A DNA stretch of 64,000 nt from Amoebophrya sp. A120 (taxonomy: Eukaryota; Protista; Dinoflagellata), in assembly GCA_905178155.1 (NCBI GenBank), contig CAJINV010000021.1, forward strand, positions 731,530-795,529, in the 5' to 3' direction. Shown one piece after another: positions 1 to 12,559 of this stretch; the first letter of the stretch is position 1; every line of letters starts with the position of its first letter. Under the pieces are notes generated by a model, which did not search any database, was not told the origin of the DNA, and worked only from the letters and a program-made list of their open reading frames with translations. The translations under genes and the position numbers were made by a program.

Positions 1-453
1 GCGGTAGCAGAAAACGGCACTATACGAAACACGTTTTGGGTTGCTATCTTTCTGACGCAGGCACAGCTTCTCTTCACTGCATGATACGGGAAACAATATA
101 TCTCAACAGGGGGCAACATTTTTTGTGCTAGCGCACATCTCTTCTTCCTGCTATTTTGGTCTGCTCCTTTACTCGGACTCGTTGTCGTTCAACTTCTCAC
201 GCAAACGAGGAAAAAACAATCGATGCAGGCAGAACTACCGTGAACACTATCACAAAACAAATCGATCTTGCTTTGCCAGCTGGTGGTGTGCTAGCTGTAG
301 CTCTTACCACCGTTTGTTTTTCCATATGTCTGTTCAGAAAAAGATATGCTCACATGTAACAAACAGATGATCCAAGCGATGGCGCTTTTGCATCAACAGG
401 GCGATTACATAATTCATCGCCACCTCTTCATTTTTTTGCCAGTACAACAATCC

Positions 454-1825
454 TTAGCCACTTTTCAGCATTTGCACGGCCATGGCGCATTTTTGTGAAA
501 TTTCCTGCAGTGCGCGCTCGAACAGCACTTCCGCCGGAATTTGGCCGATGGTCTCAATGCGGAAGAGAAAGTGGTCCTTCACCTTCTGCAACTTCACCTT
601 CCCCGGCACCCCTCTCTCCGGGTCGATGCATTCCCGGCAAGTCGTGCAGTCGCGCACGTTCGCCACCACGGCTTTTCTTCTCTTGCCCGTAAAGTCCTCC
701 ATATCCGGTTCCACTGCGAAAACGCCGGGCGGACAGCAGGCGGCCAGCTTGTCCGCTTCCTCGTCGTACACCGGCTCGGTAAGTGTGATCTTCGGCATCA
801 GGCGATACCTGATTTGCAGTAGTTATGCGTTTCTCTATCATGCATGCTCTGCAATACAAATGTGAGCACATGCTTTCTCACGCGTTTATTGCATGTCAAA
901 TTCTATTAGCGTTATTCAATCATCTTTTGGTCGTGATGTGATCATACTACTAGACTGCTATACCATGCCGTCCCGACGGGCGAAAATTTGGCGTGGTCTT
1001 TACCCTGCCCCTTCTGCGCCCAGCACTCGAGGAAGATCTCCTGATTTTTCGCTAGCCTCGCGATAATGATGTCATCGTGCAGTGGTCGTGGCGGGTTGTT
1101 CTTGAAGTGTTCCTTCTCTAAATCGTCTGCTGGTCTCCACTCTAAATCTCCGGAATAAACCGTCAAATCGCTGTCCTTGCACTTCGCGTGCAGCTGAAAG
1201 TGCACTTGCGTCGGCTTCAGGCAGCCGTCCGGTCGCTCCTCACCAGGCCTCTCCCAGCTGATGAGGTTTATATGGAGAAATTGGATATCGATCGTTCTAC
1301 GCAGAATAGATACAACCCTATGCTATGATTTTTCAGAAGATACGTACTCCTAGTACACAATACTCCTCACACTTATGATCATGCTTTATGCTACGTAAAA
1401 ATGCTGGCATCAATTGCAAAACAACAACTTCTATACTCCATCTCCAGTGGGTCAATTTTGAGTGGTATGAGCCCCAGCCGATGCGCGACGTATTCGTCGT
1501 GCAGTACCCCGGTATTTTGGTAGATCATGACCTTCTCGATCGCGACCCCGGGAATCTCCGCGATCAAACACCGTCTTAACGCGTTCGCGAGCGGTGGATC
1601 GGCGCCGATGAGGTCGAACTCAATCGCATCCTCCTCGATTTTCTTGATCTCGATGCTGCAATTTCGCTGAAACTTTTGGATGTCGAAGGAATTGTCGTAC
1701 CCGAGACTGTTAAAGGACGCGGCGGACTCGTAGCAATTCACGTTATTCGCCTTGTGCTGGTCCAGGGTGAGGTACCGCTTGTGGTCCTCAATATTCAGGG
1801 AGCTATTGCTGGGAGAGGACGACAT
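454..1825 (-). CDS. POLR1C: DNA-directed RNA polymerases I and III subunit AC40 (RPAC1/RPC40), 3 exons: 1825-1437, 1257-964, 808-454
   Basis: Motifs EFDLIGADPPLANALRRCLIAEIPGVAIEKV, DEYVAHRLGLIP, DIIIARLAKNQEI..KGQGKDHAKFSPVGTAWYRLMP, RDCTTCREC and KDHFLFRIETIG. Two GT-AG introns (1436-1258, 963-809) join the frames. Confidence 0.95.
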
Positions 1826-2649
1826 TTTGATGTGCCTATACCGGCGGTAGTACAAAAGAATCAGAAACCTTGGTAGCTTCAAAGTGACATAAAACGATAA
1901 TGGAATCGTGTAGTTGCAAATGGCGATAAAGGTTTGCAAACCAATGAAGAAGAAAGAAGTAATTTATCGAGACGTCTATCTACGTTTGACTTTGAGAGCT
2001 TGAATTCACCACATAAGTATGTCGCGTCGTGATGTTTTCTACTTCAATAAAGCTACACAATAAAACCTAAGTCGTCGGCCGCACCTGGGGTGGTGATTGG
2101 TGATTGTAGAGCGAAGTCTTTTTTTCATACTTTACTAGACAGCGGCGAAAATTATCGACGAGACATGTGGGATCATTTGCACGGGAAAATCTTTTTTGGA
2201 CATGATCTCTCCAGTTGGCATTTTGCACCTTTGATCCGATTTTACGTACCAGATCTTCAAGATGAAGATCGACGTGGATCTCATAGACCGCGTTTAGGAT
2301 CGTTGCTGCTGCACCTTCATCTCCTGTTTATTGGAGTTGCTTTGTACAACATCACCATAGCATGACGCGCAGCAACTTTCGTCTTCAATTTTCCAGATTA
2401 AGATTTACGATCTAGCTTGTTTCTCACGAAGGAGCAAGGGCGTGGCCGTGGTTGAGATCGAGGCTTGTTCTGGACGTTCTTACCGAGTACAATCCTGAGG
2501 AGCGATTTGGTTTCATCACTCAAACACCCAAAGAAGTGAACGAAGGACCGATGTAGCACATGCAAACGAACTTCAACACATTGCAAAACAACTGCAGAGG
2601 AGCTGCCAGGTGCAGGTGCAGCTTTGATATCGCAGGTCGTGCCTTGCCA

Positions 2650-4620
2650 TAGAGAGAACCGCCCCCGCCGCCATACGACCACTCACAATGGCCCGGGCGG
2701 CCGGGCCACCTTTGTTCACTCTCGGTTCGCATCCTGGAGCGCAAAGGCCGACGTAGATGCAGCACCCGCGCACACCGGGGGGCGCAGAGCTCGTGCGCCG
2801 CAACTTCGCAAAACGAAAACCGGCCGGCGCAAGGTAATGCGGCGCCGCCCAAGCGGGCACGGCAAGTCATGCCCAATCACAATCACCACGAAAACCACAC
2901 CGGCGCCTCGCAGTTTCGTCTGCGCGGAGGGCCAGCCGCGCCACGTCATCGAGAACAAGCCGCCGGCGCATCTCTTACGGCCGCAGGGCGCGAAGCCCCG
3001 CCCAGCCCATGCTTGCATGAGACCCGGCCAGGTCCGTGGGTGGTCTCTAGTGCAAAAGCGCGCAAGCTAAGTGCCCCAAAATCTCTGTCGTCCCTGCCTG
3101 TCGTCCAGCATGCTATTGATTCTGTGGCGACGGCTTGCTCGGCGGCACGAGTTCGGCACCTCCCTGGCTGCGCGGGTGTTGGCGGCACACAACCGGGGGG
3201 CGCAACGGACGGCCCACCAATATCGCGAGCGCGCCCGCCCCGCCATTGCCCCGGGCGATGCCGGGGCCGGCCGGCGCCACACATAAGGCGGTCAGGACCG
3301 TCTTGCCAAGATGCTGCGCCAACTTCGGGCGGCCAACGATTAAACGCAACAGGCAAGATAGAAGGCGGGCCCGTCCTTGCCGGCACACAAAATGCCCTGG
3401 CGAAACCACGAAGCCGGGCCAACATGTTCCCGGGAGCCCGCGTCTCTCCATGCAGCTGCTGACGTACTTCCGATTGCTGGCAAAATTTACAGCAGAACCG
3501 ATAGCGGCACAAACACGCGCGCCCCGGGCCCGGCAGAAGAACCCCACTGGGCCCGCCGACTTGCGCGGGGCCTCATTGTCGAGCGCGATCGCCTATTTTT
3601 TGTTTCTGTACAAACATCAAGCCTTGCCAAGTACTTAAAAAAAAAAACGCGCCCGCCTTTGTGAGACAATAATATACCCCCGCACCTACTCCAACCGATT
3701 TTTCGGCATGTAGCAGGCGCCTGCAGGGTTGCTGGGTGGGCGTTTGCAGGACGGCGGTGCGCAGGTCGGCGGCCCGGCGCCCTTCACTTCCCAACGCCGG
3801 GGCCTGCCTGCTTGGCTGCTTCCGCGCCCCTGGCAAAGGTGCCGTCACCGCGGTAGGTTCTGGCCGGTGGCCTGACACCGTTTCCACTGCGTAGATATGC
3901 CAAGCCCTCGACTAGGTTCTGGGCCGCAGCCCTCGAAGAATTTTATAGGCAGGCGCCATCGATGGCTCCCCGGCCAAAAGTAAAGCGCGAACCGAAAGGC
4001 GCGAAAGCTTGCGGCCCGCGGGCCCGCTTTGCCGTCGTCTGGCCCCGCTTTTCGCCCGGCCCATCGCCCAGCCGCCCCTGGCGGCCCGTCTACTTGGCAC
4101 CGGGCACGTGCAAAACACCGGCCCCCCGCGTCAAAGCCGGCAAGCATGGCGCGCCACGGCCTTCTCCCCACTCCCTTGCTCCGCCGGCGGGCACAAAGCC
4201 CACGGCGCGCAGCGGGCCGCAGGCCAAAAAGGGCGCGCGCACCGACGGCCGACGGAGAGCGAGGCGCGCCCGGTTGGCCCCCAGCTTTGCGAGGCTCCTC
4301 CGGGATCTTCAGCAGGGCGCTACTGCATACACCGAAGCCGGGCCCGAAGGCGTTCCCGAATAGATCGGCCGTGGTTGCGCTCTCCCAAGCGCCACCCGTG
4401 CCGCCAAACCGCCGCAACCTGTGCGGCGCCGGCGCCGACTCACCACATAGCGCGAGGGCAATCATCGCCGGCCATATCTGGAGGCCGTGGGCGCAATGCC
4501 AAAACGTCGGCCGGATGAGCCGCGCGACCCGCTCCGCGCCATGGTCTGACGGTCTTGGGATAATGGCCGTGGGGGTGCTCGCGCGAGCATTGTTCTCCGG
4601 GTTTTTGTCCACCGGCGGGA
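2650..4620. other. Very GC-rich decayed island, possibly a transposon/retroelement relic
   Basis: One counted 60-mer (4021-4080) is 77% GC and the flanks are much lower. The many overlapping R/A/G/P-rich ORFs have no recognisable domain. There is a faint integrase-like string on the minus strand (HGAERVARLIRPTFW...C...WES..ADLFG). Confidence 0.35.
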
Positions 4621-4807
4621 ACAATCACAATCGCTTGCACTTGTTCTTGCAAATGAAAGCATCACTTGCGGAGGTCTTGGGGATCGATGTCGCTTTTTAG
4701 CATTTCAATTTGCGTGCTTTTCCTTTTACTTCTTTACATAAGTAGAAGCTATCCTCTTCCTCTGACACTGTAGCGGAATGAATGGCATTTGAACTACTTA
4801 CCAGCTA

Positions 4808-7800
4808 CTACCGTCTTGCTTTCGACTTCACAAGAACTTTTCTTTTCTTCTTCTTCGTACTTATTTCACGAGCCGCATTCCGATCCGCAGGACTTGAGAC
4901 TTGCGCCTGGCTCCGGTTTCTCTTCTGATCAGCGTTCGATATCACAAGCTGCTTCCTCAGAGCGGGCTTGATTTCTTTCTCAGTCAACCGTTTTGTTGAG
5001 GTGGTGCCAGGCACTTGCTCATCATCAACCACAGAAACACCCGATGGCGCCGCAGCCGGCTTCATCTTTGCGCTCCTGTTTTGTTGAAACACTTCTTTCT
5101 CAAAATCCGCAGCAGAAATTACGCAGCCCCTCGCCCGGGCATCTTCCAGAAAAGCCGTCACCTCGTTCTGTTCTTGATCTGGCGAAGACGAGTTTGCCTT
5201 CTTCTGCAGCAAGCCCTCCACATTTGCGAAGACCACCAGCGCGTGCTGTGCGCGGGAAAGCGCGACATTCAATCGACGGAACTCCGACAGAAACCCGTGC
5301 TGGCTCGAGGAGCGGACCATTGAGAGTAAGATGACCGGCGCTTCGCTACCCTGGAATGAGTCCACCGTGTGCACAATGTTGCGGCCATAGTTGGGAAGGG
5401 AGCGGGACAAGTAGTCCTTTTGTCCGTTGTAGAAAGTGATGATCTTCACGTCCTCGTCATCGACATAATTTTTCCCAGATACTAACGACGAAGACAAGTC
5501 ACAACCTGTTAGAATTCTGTGCACCTTCAGCAGCAGATCCCCCTCCTTTTCGTTTCTGATACTGAATCGCGACCGGTCCTCGAGAAACCCGTGGTCCACA
5601 ATCAAGTATGGCCGACTTTGGAGCAACGCGGCGAGGTTCGATAGTCGAAAAAAGTCTCCTTCTCCAAGTCGTGGCGTAATATTCGACAACCGATCTGAAT
5701 CTGATCGCAAGCAGGATGGGAGCTGCTGGTGTGAATCTTTCCCGCCAACTTCGTGGCAGGTCTTCAACTTTCCTCCGTAAAACCGCTGATTGACGAATCT
5801 GCAGATCTCGGGGTGCATCCGGTATTGCGTGTCCAACAACTGCACCGGGGCGGTCGCGTAGGATGCGTTGAGCTTGTTTCCAGGAAGCTTATTGCAGCTT
5901 TTGAGTGTTTTCACGCCGTTCTGCTCCGCCTCGTTTTTCATCAGTCGCTCCAGCAAGCTTCTTGTATACCCGGCTTTTCTACATTGCTCCGAGTACAACA
6001 CGGTGGCGGACAGCTGCTGGGGATCGCCCACCAAAATCAGCCTGTCTGGCTGCAGCCCCAGACAAATCATCGTCTCCGCTTCGACCGCTTGCGCGGCCTC
6101 ATCGACGATGATGAAGAGCTGGCGAGGAAGATGTTGGGTCGTGCTACTGCTAGTGTTATTTGGGCGCGTTCTTCCTTCTGGTTCTTGCGCTTGTCGCTCT
6201 TGCCTCTGCGGTTGTAGTTGTTGTTCCGATGCTCCTTGCAGATTTGATGTCGGGGTCGCGGTGCAGCTAGAGCTAGCAGACTGCTCCTTCTGTCTGTTTT
6301 TCGATCCTGCTGACGAGGCTATTTTATTTACATCCACCTTGCTTGCAGAGGATTTTTTATTCATTGCAACCACCTCAGGAAACTTCCGCTGCAGCGACAT
6401 CCGTAGGTCGTCGTCCGAAATACAGTCGGCCAGCCCCTCAACGTCAGCGTCATCGTCTGCAATGCTCGAGCAAGATGAATCTTCGCTGCCAGCCGCATAT
6501 GACTCCTCGTTGTCTCGCATCATCGTCGGTGCCGAGTTACGATGAAGGTCAGCAACCTCGACCCCAGCCACAACATCGCCCTCCTCCTCCGCACCGCTGG
6601 AGAGCGGCGACTCCTCGCCATAATCGTCCGCGTAGCTACGTGCTGCAGCATCTGCTCCGTATGAAAATCCATTCTGAAAGATCTTTCTTCTGAGCGCCAC
6701 AGTTACAATGCTTGAACAGCTTTTGTTCCCTCGTATAACTTTCGTTCTTGCAGATGAATTTACCGGCTTGAGCAAATTGACCATGCGTGGGCGTCCCAGA
6801 CAGGCGAGCGTGGAAAACAGTATGTCAGCGCTCTTCAACAGTTCCGTCTCCAACGATTCGTCCGTGCGCAACACAGGGCCAAATCTCGCATGCTGCGCTC
6901 TACTCTTCGCGGCAAGAAAGTCCGAATAATCGGAAAATTGCGAACACCAGTTCGGTGCGTCTTGTCGTAACTTTTCAAAATCCTCCTGCGTCGTGCAATA
7001 TTCCACCCGCGTGTGTACGAAGTACGGCCGTGCGTGGTCCGGGATCTTCTCGTCTACCCCGATGTAAGCAATTTTCTTCTTGTGGTGCAGATTGGCTCGC
7101 TTCGACGTTTTCTCTTCCTCTGCGACGAAGCGCTCCAACATGTTGCACACGGCTTTGTTGGAAGAAGCGGCGCAAATGAGCAAGCAGGTTTTGTGAATAT
7201 TTTCTACAGCAGCTGCTCCTCCAGCGAATGTTTCTATTCCTGTCGCCAAAAGCGATTGCGCAATCTGCGCAATCGTCCTTGTTTTTCCCGTTCCCGGGGG
7301 ACCCTGGATGCAAACCAGAGGGTTTGTGTGGCTCAGACGAAGCGCGGTTTGCTGCGCAGGATTCAGTTTCAATAGCCCGGCTGTTTGCATCTCGATGATC
7401 TGCATTTTCTCTCCTGTCGCAGGGGTGGAAGTGCCACATGAGTCAGTGCCTCCGGCTGCGTTTCCGCCGCAGCGCGCCTCTGGCTGCTTCTTTGGGTCGG
7501 GGTGAGCGGCGTTTCCTGTTGCTAGTGGTCGATCAAGTGGTAAGCAGCTAACCGTTTGCTCTCCATCATCCTCGTCTTCCTCGGAGCTACTGTCAAAAAC
7601 CATATGCTGCGAGGACGCGGATCCCAACAGTTGTGCCCAGAAAGAAAGCCGGTCACTCTCCCCGTTGCCCCCACTGGTCGGCAACTTCACCCGCGCGATT
7701 AAATTTGCCGCTTCGTACATCCGAGTGTAGAGGCAGCAGTCCGCGACAATGCGGAGCTCTAACTGCGACACAGACCTATAGTGCTGCTTCTTCTTAAAGA

Positions 7801-8785
7801 ACAACTTTTTCGCGTCCTGCTCTTTTTGCTCGGCGGTGCGCCGTTGCCCGGCCGGGGGACGGTGGTGATTTGGATTGAACTCCTCGAACCCAAAAGCCGA
7901 CTGGAAGAAGGACGCTTTATTTGATCCCGCGTTAGTACTGCCACTGTAAAAATAGTAGTTCTTTGTCGCTGATAATTTGCTTCTGGCTTTGGACGACGAA
8001 ATAATATCCGGCGCATCATGCTCCATTCCAACAATAACATCCGTCTGCGTTGTGAAAAGCTGCAAAGTCAGAGGTGTACTAGTCCCACCACCTCGACCAC
8101 CGGTCCACAGCAAGTTGTCCCGATGTGATGATGCAGATGACGAGCTCGTGCTCGAGCCCCCTGAACTACTGTTGAAGGCGAGCTCATTTGCGTTACTGGT
8201 GGCGATGACAAAGGGGTGCCAATGCCTCGACCCTTGTACCCGCACGGCGACGATGCAGTGGCGCTGAAAACTGCGCACCGGCTCGGTCGAGGGATTATTC
8301 GAGAAGCAAACCGTGAGCAAGTTATGCTGGACTCCGGACGTTCGTGAACTCGCATCGGTCACTTCCACCGGGTAGATATTCGAGAGAGAAGAGGAAGAGC
8401 TGCTGCGGCTATTGCTAGCTGACGAATTGAACCATCCCCGCGTGCTTGAAGATGCCGACGACGACGACCCTTTATAGTATTTCCCTCCACTGTCAGCACT
8501 GGCCAGATGTATTCGCCACTGCTCCTTCACGAACGCGTGACACTCAGCGCCAACTAGGCCGGAGAAAATGTCCGCGTATGTGTCGATAGATCGGAACTGG
8601 TCGGGAATTTGACGGACTGGCGCTATTGACGGGATTGCGGTTTTATTCTGCTTCACGTCGTGGTCGGAGGTCGTGTCCTGTAAATTCTCCAGCGCCGCAC
8701 GATACAGGTTCGAAAACTGGTAGAAGAAAGATCGCGGCTCCGCGCCTCCGCTCTTGTTGCCCGCTTTTCGCCCACCGCGCGGCAT
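4808..8785 (-). CDS. Superfamily 1 Upf1/senataxin (DNA2/NAM7)-like helicase, intronless, 1325 aa
   Basis: Helicase motifs IQGPPGTGKT, SSNKAV, IIVDEAAQ, LVGDPQQL, LDTQYRMHPEI, TVDSFQGSE and RRLNVALSRA. Confidence 0.93.
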   Translation of the reverse strand: MPRGGRKAGNKSGGAEPRSFFYQFSNLYRAALENLQDTTSDHDVKQNKTAIPSIAPVRQIPDQFRSIDTYADIFSGLVGAECHAFVKEQWRIHLASADSGGKYYKGSSSSASSSTRGWFNSSASNSRSSSSSSLSNIYPVEVTDASSRTSGVQHNLLTVCFSNNPSTEPVRSFQRHCIVAVRVQGSRHWHPFVIATSNANELAFNSSSGGSSTSSSSASSHRDNLLWTGGRGGGTSTPLTLQLFTTQTDVIVGMEHDAPDIISSSKARSKLSATKNYYFYSGSTNAGSNKASFFQSAFGFEEFNPNHHRPPAGQRRTAEQKEQDAKKLFFKKKQHYRSVSQLELRIVADCCLYTRMYEAANLIARVKLPTSGGNGESDRLSFWAQLLGSASSQHMVFDSSSEEDEDDGEQTVSCLPLDRPLATGNAAHPDPKKQPEARCGGNAAGGTDSCGTSTPATGEKMQIIEMQTAGLLKLNPAQQTALRLSHTNPLVCIQGPPGTGKTRTIAQIAQSLLATGIETFAGGAAAVENIHKTCLLICAASSNKAVCNMLERFVAEEEKTSKRANLHHKKKIAYIGVDEKIPDHARPYFVHTRVEYCTTQEDFEKLRQDAPNWCSQFSDYSDFLAAKSRAQHARFGPVLRTDESLETELLKSADILFSTLACLGRPRMVNLLKPVNSSARTKVIRGNKSCSSIVTVALRRKIFQNGFSYGADAAARSYADDYGEESPLSSGAEEEGDVVAGVEVADLHRNSAPTMMRDNEESYAAGSEDSSCSSIADDDADVEGLADCISDDDLRMSLQRKFPEVVAMNKKSSASKVDVNKIASSAGSKNRQKEQSASSSCTATPTSNLQGASEQQLQPQRQERQAQEPEGRTRPNNTSSSTTQHLPRQLFIIVDEAAQAVEAETMICLGLQPDRLILVGDPQQLSATVLYSEQCRKAGYTRSLLERLMKNEAEQNGVKTLKSCNKLPGNKLNASYATAPVQLLDTQYRMHPEICRFVNQRFYGGKLKTCHEVGGKDSHQQLPSCLRSDSDRLSNITPRLGEGDFFRLSNLAALLQSRPYLIVDHGFLEDRSRFSIRNEKEGDLLLKVHRILTGCDLSSSLVSGKNYVDDEDVKIITFYNGQKDYLSRSLPNYGRNIVHTVDSFQGSEAPVILLSMVRSSSQHGFLSEFRRLNVALSRAQHALVVFANVEGLLQKKANSSSPDQEQNEVTAFLEDARARGCVISAADFEKEVFQQNRSAKMKPAAAPSGVSVVDDEQVPGTTSTKRLTEKEIKPALRKQLVISNADQKRNRSQAQVSSPADRNAAREISTKKKKRKVLVKSKARR

Positions 8786-8888
8786 TTTCTATGTTCTTAC
8801 CTATGAGAAGGCTTGGCAGTCATCAGGATAACATCAATCCTATTCATCGTTCTAGGGACGTTTATAATTTTCCTGACGACGATACTTC

Positions 8889-9470
8889 TTACACGGCTCC
8901 TGTCGCTAGTCCCTGTTGTAAAATAAAACACTGCTGAAGACAATTGCTTTCCGAAAGTTCCCCAAAGAACTCTGCTATCTTGATCTTCTTTTTGTCTGGA
9001 GTTGCCGCATTGACTACTAGCAGCTGCATGGCAACACACTGCAGAGCGGATCGGAAGATCGAATCGATGGCACTCAAGAACTTCAACTTTTTTGAATCCA
9101 AAGAACGTCGCGAAACTGAACTGATTTTGATCCTTCGTCTACACCTGCGTAGTGCGCGTGACGGTGTTTCCTTTTTCATCCTCTGGGATCCTGTTCCTTG
9201 TTCTTTTCGCGAGCACCTAAACATAACTTTTGCCGCGCAGTTAGAGTCCGTGGGACTTGCTTGCGCACATGATCGTGAAGAGGCTTTCTCGTGATCACGC
9301 AAGCAGGTTTTTTGTTGCGAAGTTGGATCATTTTTCATTTTCATCTGTGTGTCGTGGTCGTGCCTGCAAAAAATAAAGTAGTAGCAGTGATGAACACCTT
9401 CTACTTCAGTCATAGGATCTTCTTCTAAGCCACCTCTGCTTCACTGGTCTGCATCATCGGAGCCGCCCAT
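8889..9470 (-). pseudogene. Possible degenerate coding segment (in-frame TGA at 9441-9443)
   Basis: MGGSDDADQ*SRGGLEEDPMTEVEG continues in frame into ORF 8889-9413. No recognisable domain. Confidence 0.3.
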
Positions 9471-9809
9471 ATTCTTACTCAAGGTTCTCGGGTGAAGCAG
9501 GCATCGCAAATTTCAACTTTTTTCTCCTCGTCGCAAAGGCGAGGTTAGGATTGTTACTGCTTTGTTCCTGCTACGAGCTGCTAGGGATTTGTCTGTTTAG
9601 GTTGAAGATTTAAAACACCAATGATCATCGGATGAAGCTACAGCTATTCCTAAACTCGGTCCTCCCGGTGAAATTAGTAGACATACAAACACACATATGA
9701 AGTGGTGGAAGAATTCGGCACAACATCTGACGAGGCATTCTTCCAGTGGTTGTCCCCAGCACCCTGATCGAAACTAGCACCTCCCAACAACATCATCTCA
9801 CCAAGCGTG

Positions 9810-11017
9810 CTACTTCTTCTTTTCTGGAACCAGTGTCGGCAAAAATATCTGTTGACGGCGCGGCTTCGCCACCGGCGTGGTCTCTTCAGCAAAAAAGCAG
9901 AGGTCGTTTTCGAGGAGAGGTGGAATCACCGTGGTCGCAAACGAGCGGGAGACTGGCGTGAAAGGTTGTCCACAAGCAAAAGCAGTACAACCACCGCACA
10001 TATTGTTCAAGTGGGATAACTCGTCTTCATCCGTTTGGTGACCCACCTCCCCGGAGGATACCAGGAAGTTATCCTCTCTGCAGAGCCCTTCATCCGTAGT
10101 CCTAGTTCCCGCTGGAAATGGAGTGAATTCTTCGCAAATAACGCTGGAGAAGACCAAGTCAAAGTGCGGTAAAACAGCTTGGCATTCGTCCTGTCGCGGC
10201 TCGCTCATCTTCAATTTATCTTTACTGATGGGATATCCACCAAGAAAAAATAAAGTGTGTAAGTGTAAGTGTAACTGTGTGGGACGAGTAGCATTACATC
10301 AAATTCGCTTTGCATATACAGAGAAAACCTGTCATGCGCAGCTAGTACGTGCAAACACGTATGAAGCATGGCTATGACGCACGTCCAGCATGACAAGTGT
10401 AACTGTGTTGCATTTTCTGCATCACAGACTTACACTTACACACTTTTTTTCTTGCGTATGGGAAAAGGAAAATTATCGTCCAACGACGACGGGGGAAATA
10501 GAAGAACGCTCGCTTCCCACAGGCGTTCACTCTTCCTTTCGTAATCGTAGTCGTACTCAAAGTCAAACTCATCATCGCTGACGGTACTATGGGGCTCCTC
10601 CACGCGTTTCGATTTTGAACAACTACGGGTGCCCGCTCCGCGTAGTAGTTGTGGCGACAGTGCATCATCTGGCGTGTAGTTGTCGCTGTTGTACTTTATT
10701 TCCACCACATCCCAAACTGTGTTCGTCTCCTCGCGCGGACTGTGCGGCCTTTGTGCATCGTCCCCGTTGTGGTCTTGCCCCTGTGCGCCGTGGTCCGCAG
10801 TAGGGTCGTGCCCCTCGCGGGCGAGATGAGAGTGCTTCATTTCGTCGTTGTTGTAAGTTAGTTGTTCGTCCTCGTGACCGAAATTAGAAAGCTGGAAGGG
10901 CACGTGGGAACCTTTCGGGGCCGAGGCGAACTCTGATTCGTCGTCCGTGAAGATTTTTGTTCTGTACAGATGAAGTCGGAGATCGTGCGGAGCGGAAAGT
11001 AGGTATCGAGTCAACAA
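9810..11017 (-). CDS. Hypothetical acidic low-complexity protein split by one introner; start and end uncertain
   Basis: Removing 10234-10463 joins ORF 10436-11017 (...FPFPI) to ORF 9810-10214 (SKDKLKMSEPRQ...) in frame. Confidence 0.55.
10234..10458. mobile_element. Introner, family B (225 bp), TSD TGGGA
   Basis: TIRs tatccaccaagaaaaaataaagtgtgtaagtgtaagt / acttacacttacacactttttttcttgcgta. TGGGA at 10229-10233 and 10459-10463. Confidence 0.85.
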
Positions 11018-11021
11018 AGCT

Positions 11022-11752
11022 TTACTTGAAGGGAAGTTTTCTTAGCACCGCACTGATGACGCGTCTTGTTGCTACGCGGGACAGGTCCTTGGAAAATTTC
11101 TGCACAAAAGGTTTAGCAGCGGCCTGCAGCTTTTCGGCCAGTCCGTGGTAGTAGCTAGTTGAGGTACCACGAGTTGCTGCGTTCGTTGAAGAAAAAGATG
11201 TTGACGTTCTTTTCGTGCTGTTCGAAAAATAACCTTTTTTGTCCTTAATATCTTGCAGTGCTGGTTTGTTGGCAGTCGAGGTAGTATTTTGTCGCTGAGA
11301 AGCCCCTGTAGCAAATCCTTCTGCGAACTGGGAGAAGGCCTTCGGCGCCTCGGTGGCCCACTGGGAGGTACGCACAGCGAAAGTGCGGAAGGCTGTATCA
11401 ACTGCAAACATGTGTGGGTCTGGAAGGATGTAAGACTTGTCATGCAGATTTTGATTTTCCATGACCCGTAAAGCCTGTAAAGCATGACCTAGCATCAGAG
11501 ACTTTTAGAGGGCTTCCTGATGCGCCTTCCACATGATAAAAAAATGCCCTGTCTGCGTAGCACGCACTGGACCCCTCTTGCTGGTCATGCAATACAAACT
11601 TTTTTAGAAACCAAAAACAGCATGACAAGATCCAGACCCAGACATATTTGCATTTGATAGGCTGGGCTGTTGAGCAAGAAATCCTTCAAGCCGTGCTGAA
11701 TCTGCTTCTCGTGCTGCTGGAAAAACGCGCGGAAAAAAAACCAGGGATTCAT
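11022..11752 (-). CDS. Small basic protein (~150 aa), 2 exons; weak resemblance to the Mrx7/NCBP2AS2-type LLxSPxF motif
   Basis: MNPWFFFRAFFQQHEKQIQHGLKDFLLNSPA joins FRTFAVRTSQW... in frame after removing the introner plus one TSD. Confidence 0.7.
11396..11659. mobile_element. Introner, family A (264 bp), TSD GGCTG
   Basis: TIRs tatcaactgcaaacatgtgtgggtctgga / tccagacccagacatatttgcatttgata. Perfect 5-bp direct repeat; frame restored. Confidence 0.92.
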
Positions 11753-12559
11753 ATCTGTTTCTCTATGGGTATTGCAATTTTTCTATACTGTTGTTGTTTT
11801 TCGTATTCTGATTCTCAACTTTGTCCTTGTGGTGGTTCGTGACTAAAACGTGAAACGCGAACGTTGAAAGATTCTACCGAAGAAAGGTGGTACAATTCAT
11901 CTACCAACATGAAAGAAAGATGAATTCTTTCAAGACGAGTGAGGCGCGGGAGCTGCCATTACACCACAGAGCCGACAACAGCGTTGGTCTCGGCCCGCGA
12001 AATAGAAATTTTATAAATTAATAGCTGTTGTAGAAGTTGTTCTCTGATCTACGCACGCTAACCAAAGATGAATGTAGTCGTACTTAGATACACACTTGTT
12101 GATCTGTATGTCGTACCTGAAGAGTGCACACGTCGTCACGAAGCAATAGCAAACGTGCTGCAGCAGTGCAGAAGGACGATCTTCGCCAATTACAAGCATT
12201 GCCTGGTAGTAGCATGAATGATGAAGAACGCTGCTGCCGCAAGAACCTACTTTAGAAGTACAAGCACACCCGCAGAACAACAAGATTGTCGGTTGCAAGA
12301 ACTGCTGCAAGAATCCGCCCAGCGTTCTCTTTGCTTTTCAGCTTGAACACGCTTCAGATGATCAAAAGCTGGCCGAGGCGAGCGAATGCCGCGTGTTCTA
12401 CTTCGTGTTGTGTTCTTCATCTGTTTCGTTTACGTCTTTTTCCTCTTTGACTTCACCCATGAGAGTGCACAGAAGGTAGTACGGTGTCATCTTCTTCTTG
12501 TCAGTGCTCTACCAATTTTCGAACTCGTAGAAATCACGGTAAAATACCAACATACTCAA

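Noticed and set aside
1-370. Plus-strand ORFs with a hydrophobic end (possible 3' end of a convergent gene)
   Set aside because: Short, no recognisable domain, and cut off by the window edge.
4808-8785. Helicase as the introner mobiliser or splicing factor
   Set aside because: Ordinary Upf1/Sen1-like SF1 helicase with no TIRs and no nuclease or Rep domain seen. Proximity alone is not evidence.
9441-9443. In-frame TGA as evidence for stop-codon reassignment, as reported for one Amoebophrya strain
   Set aside because: Long conserved ORFs here have no internal stops and end at ordinary TAA/TAG/TGA. A single case fits decay better.
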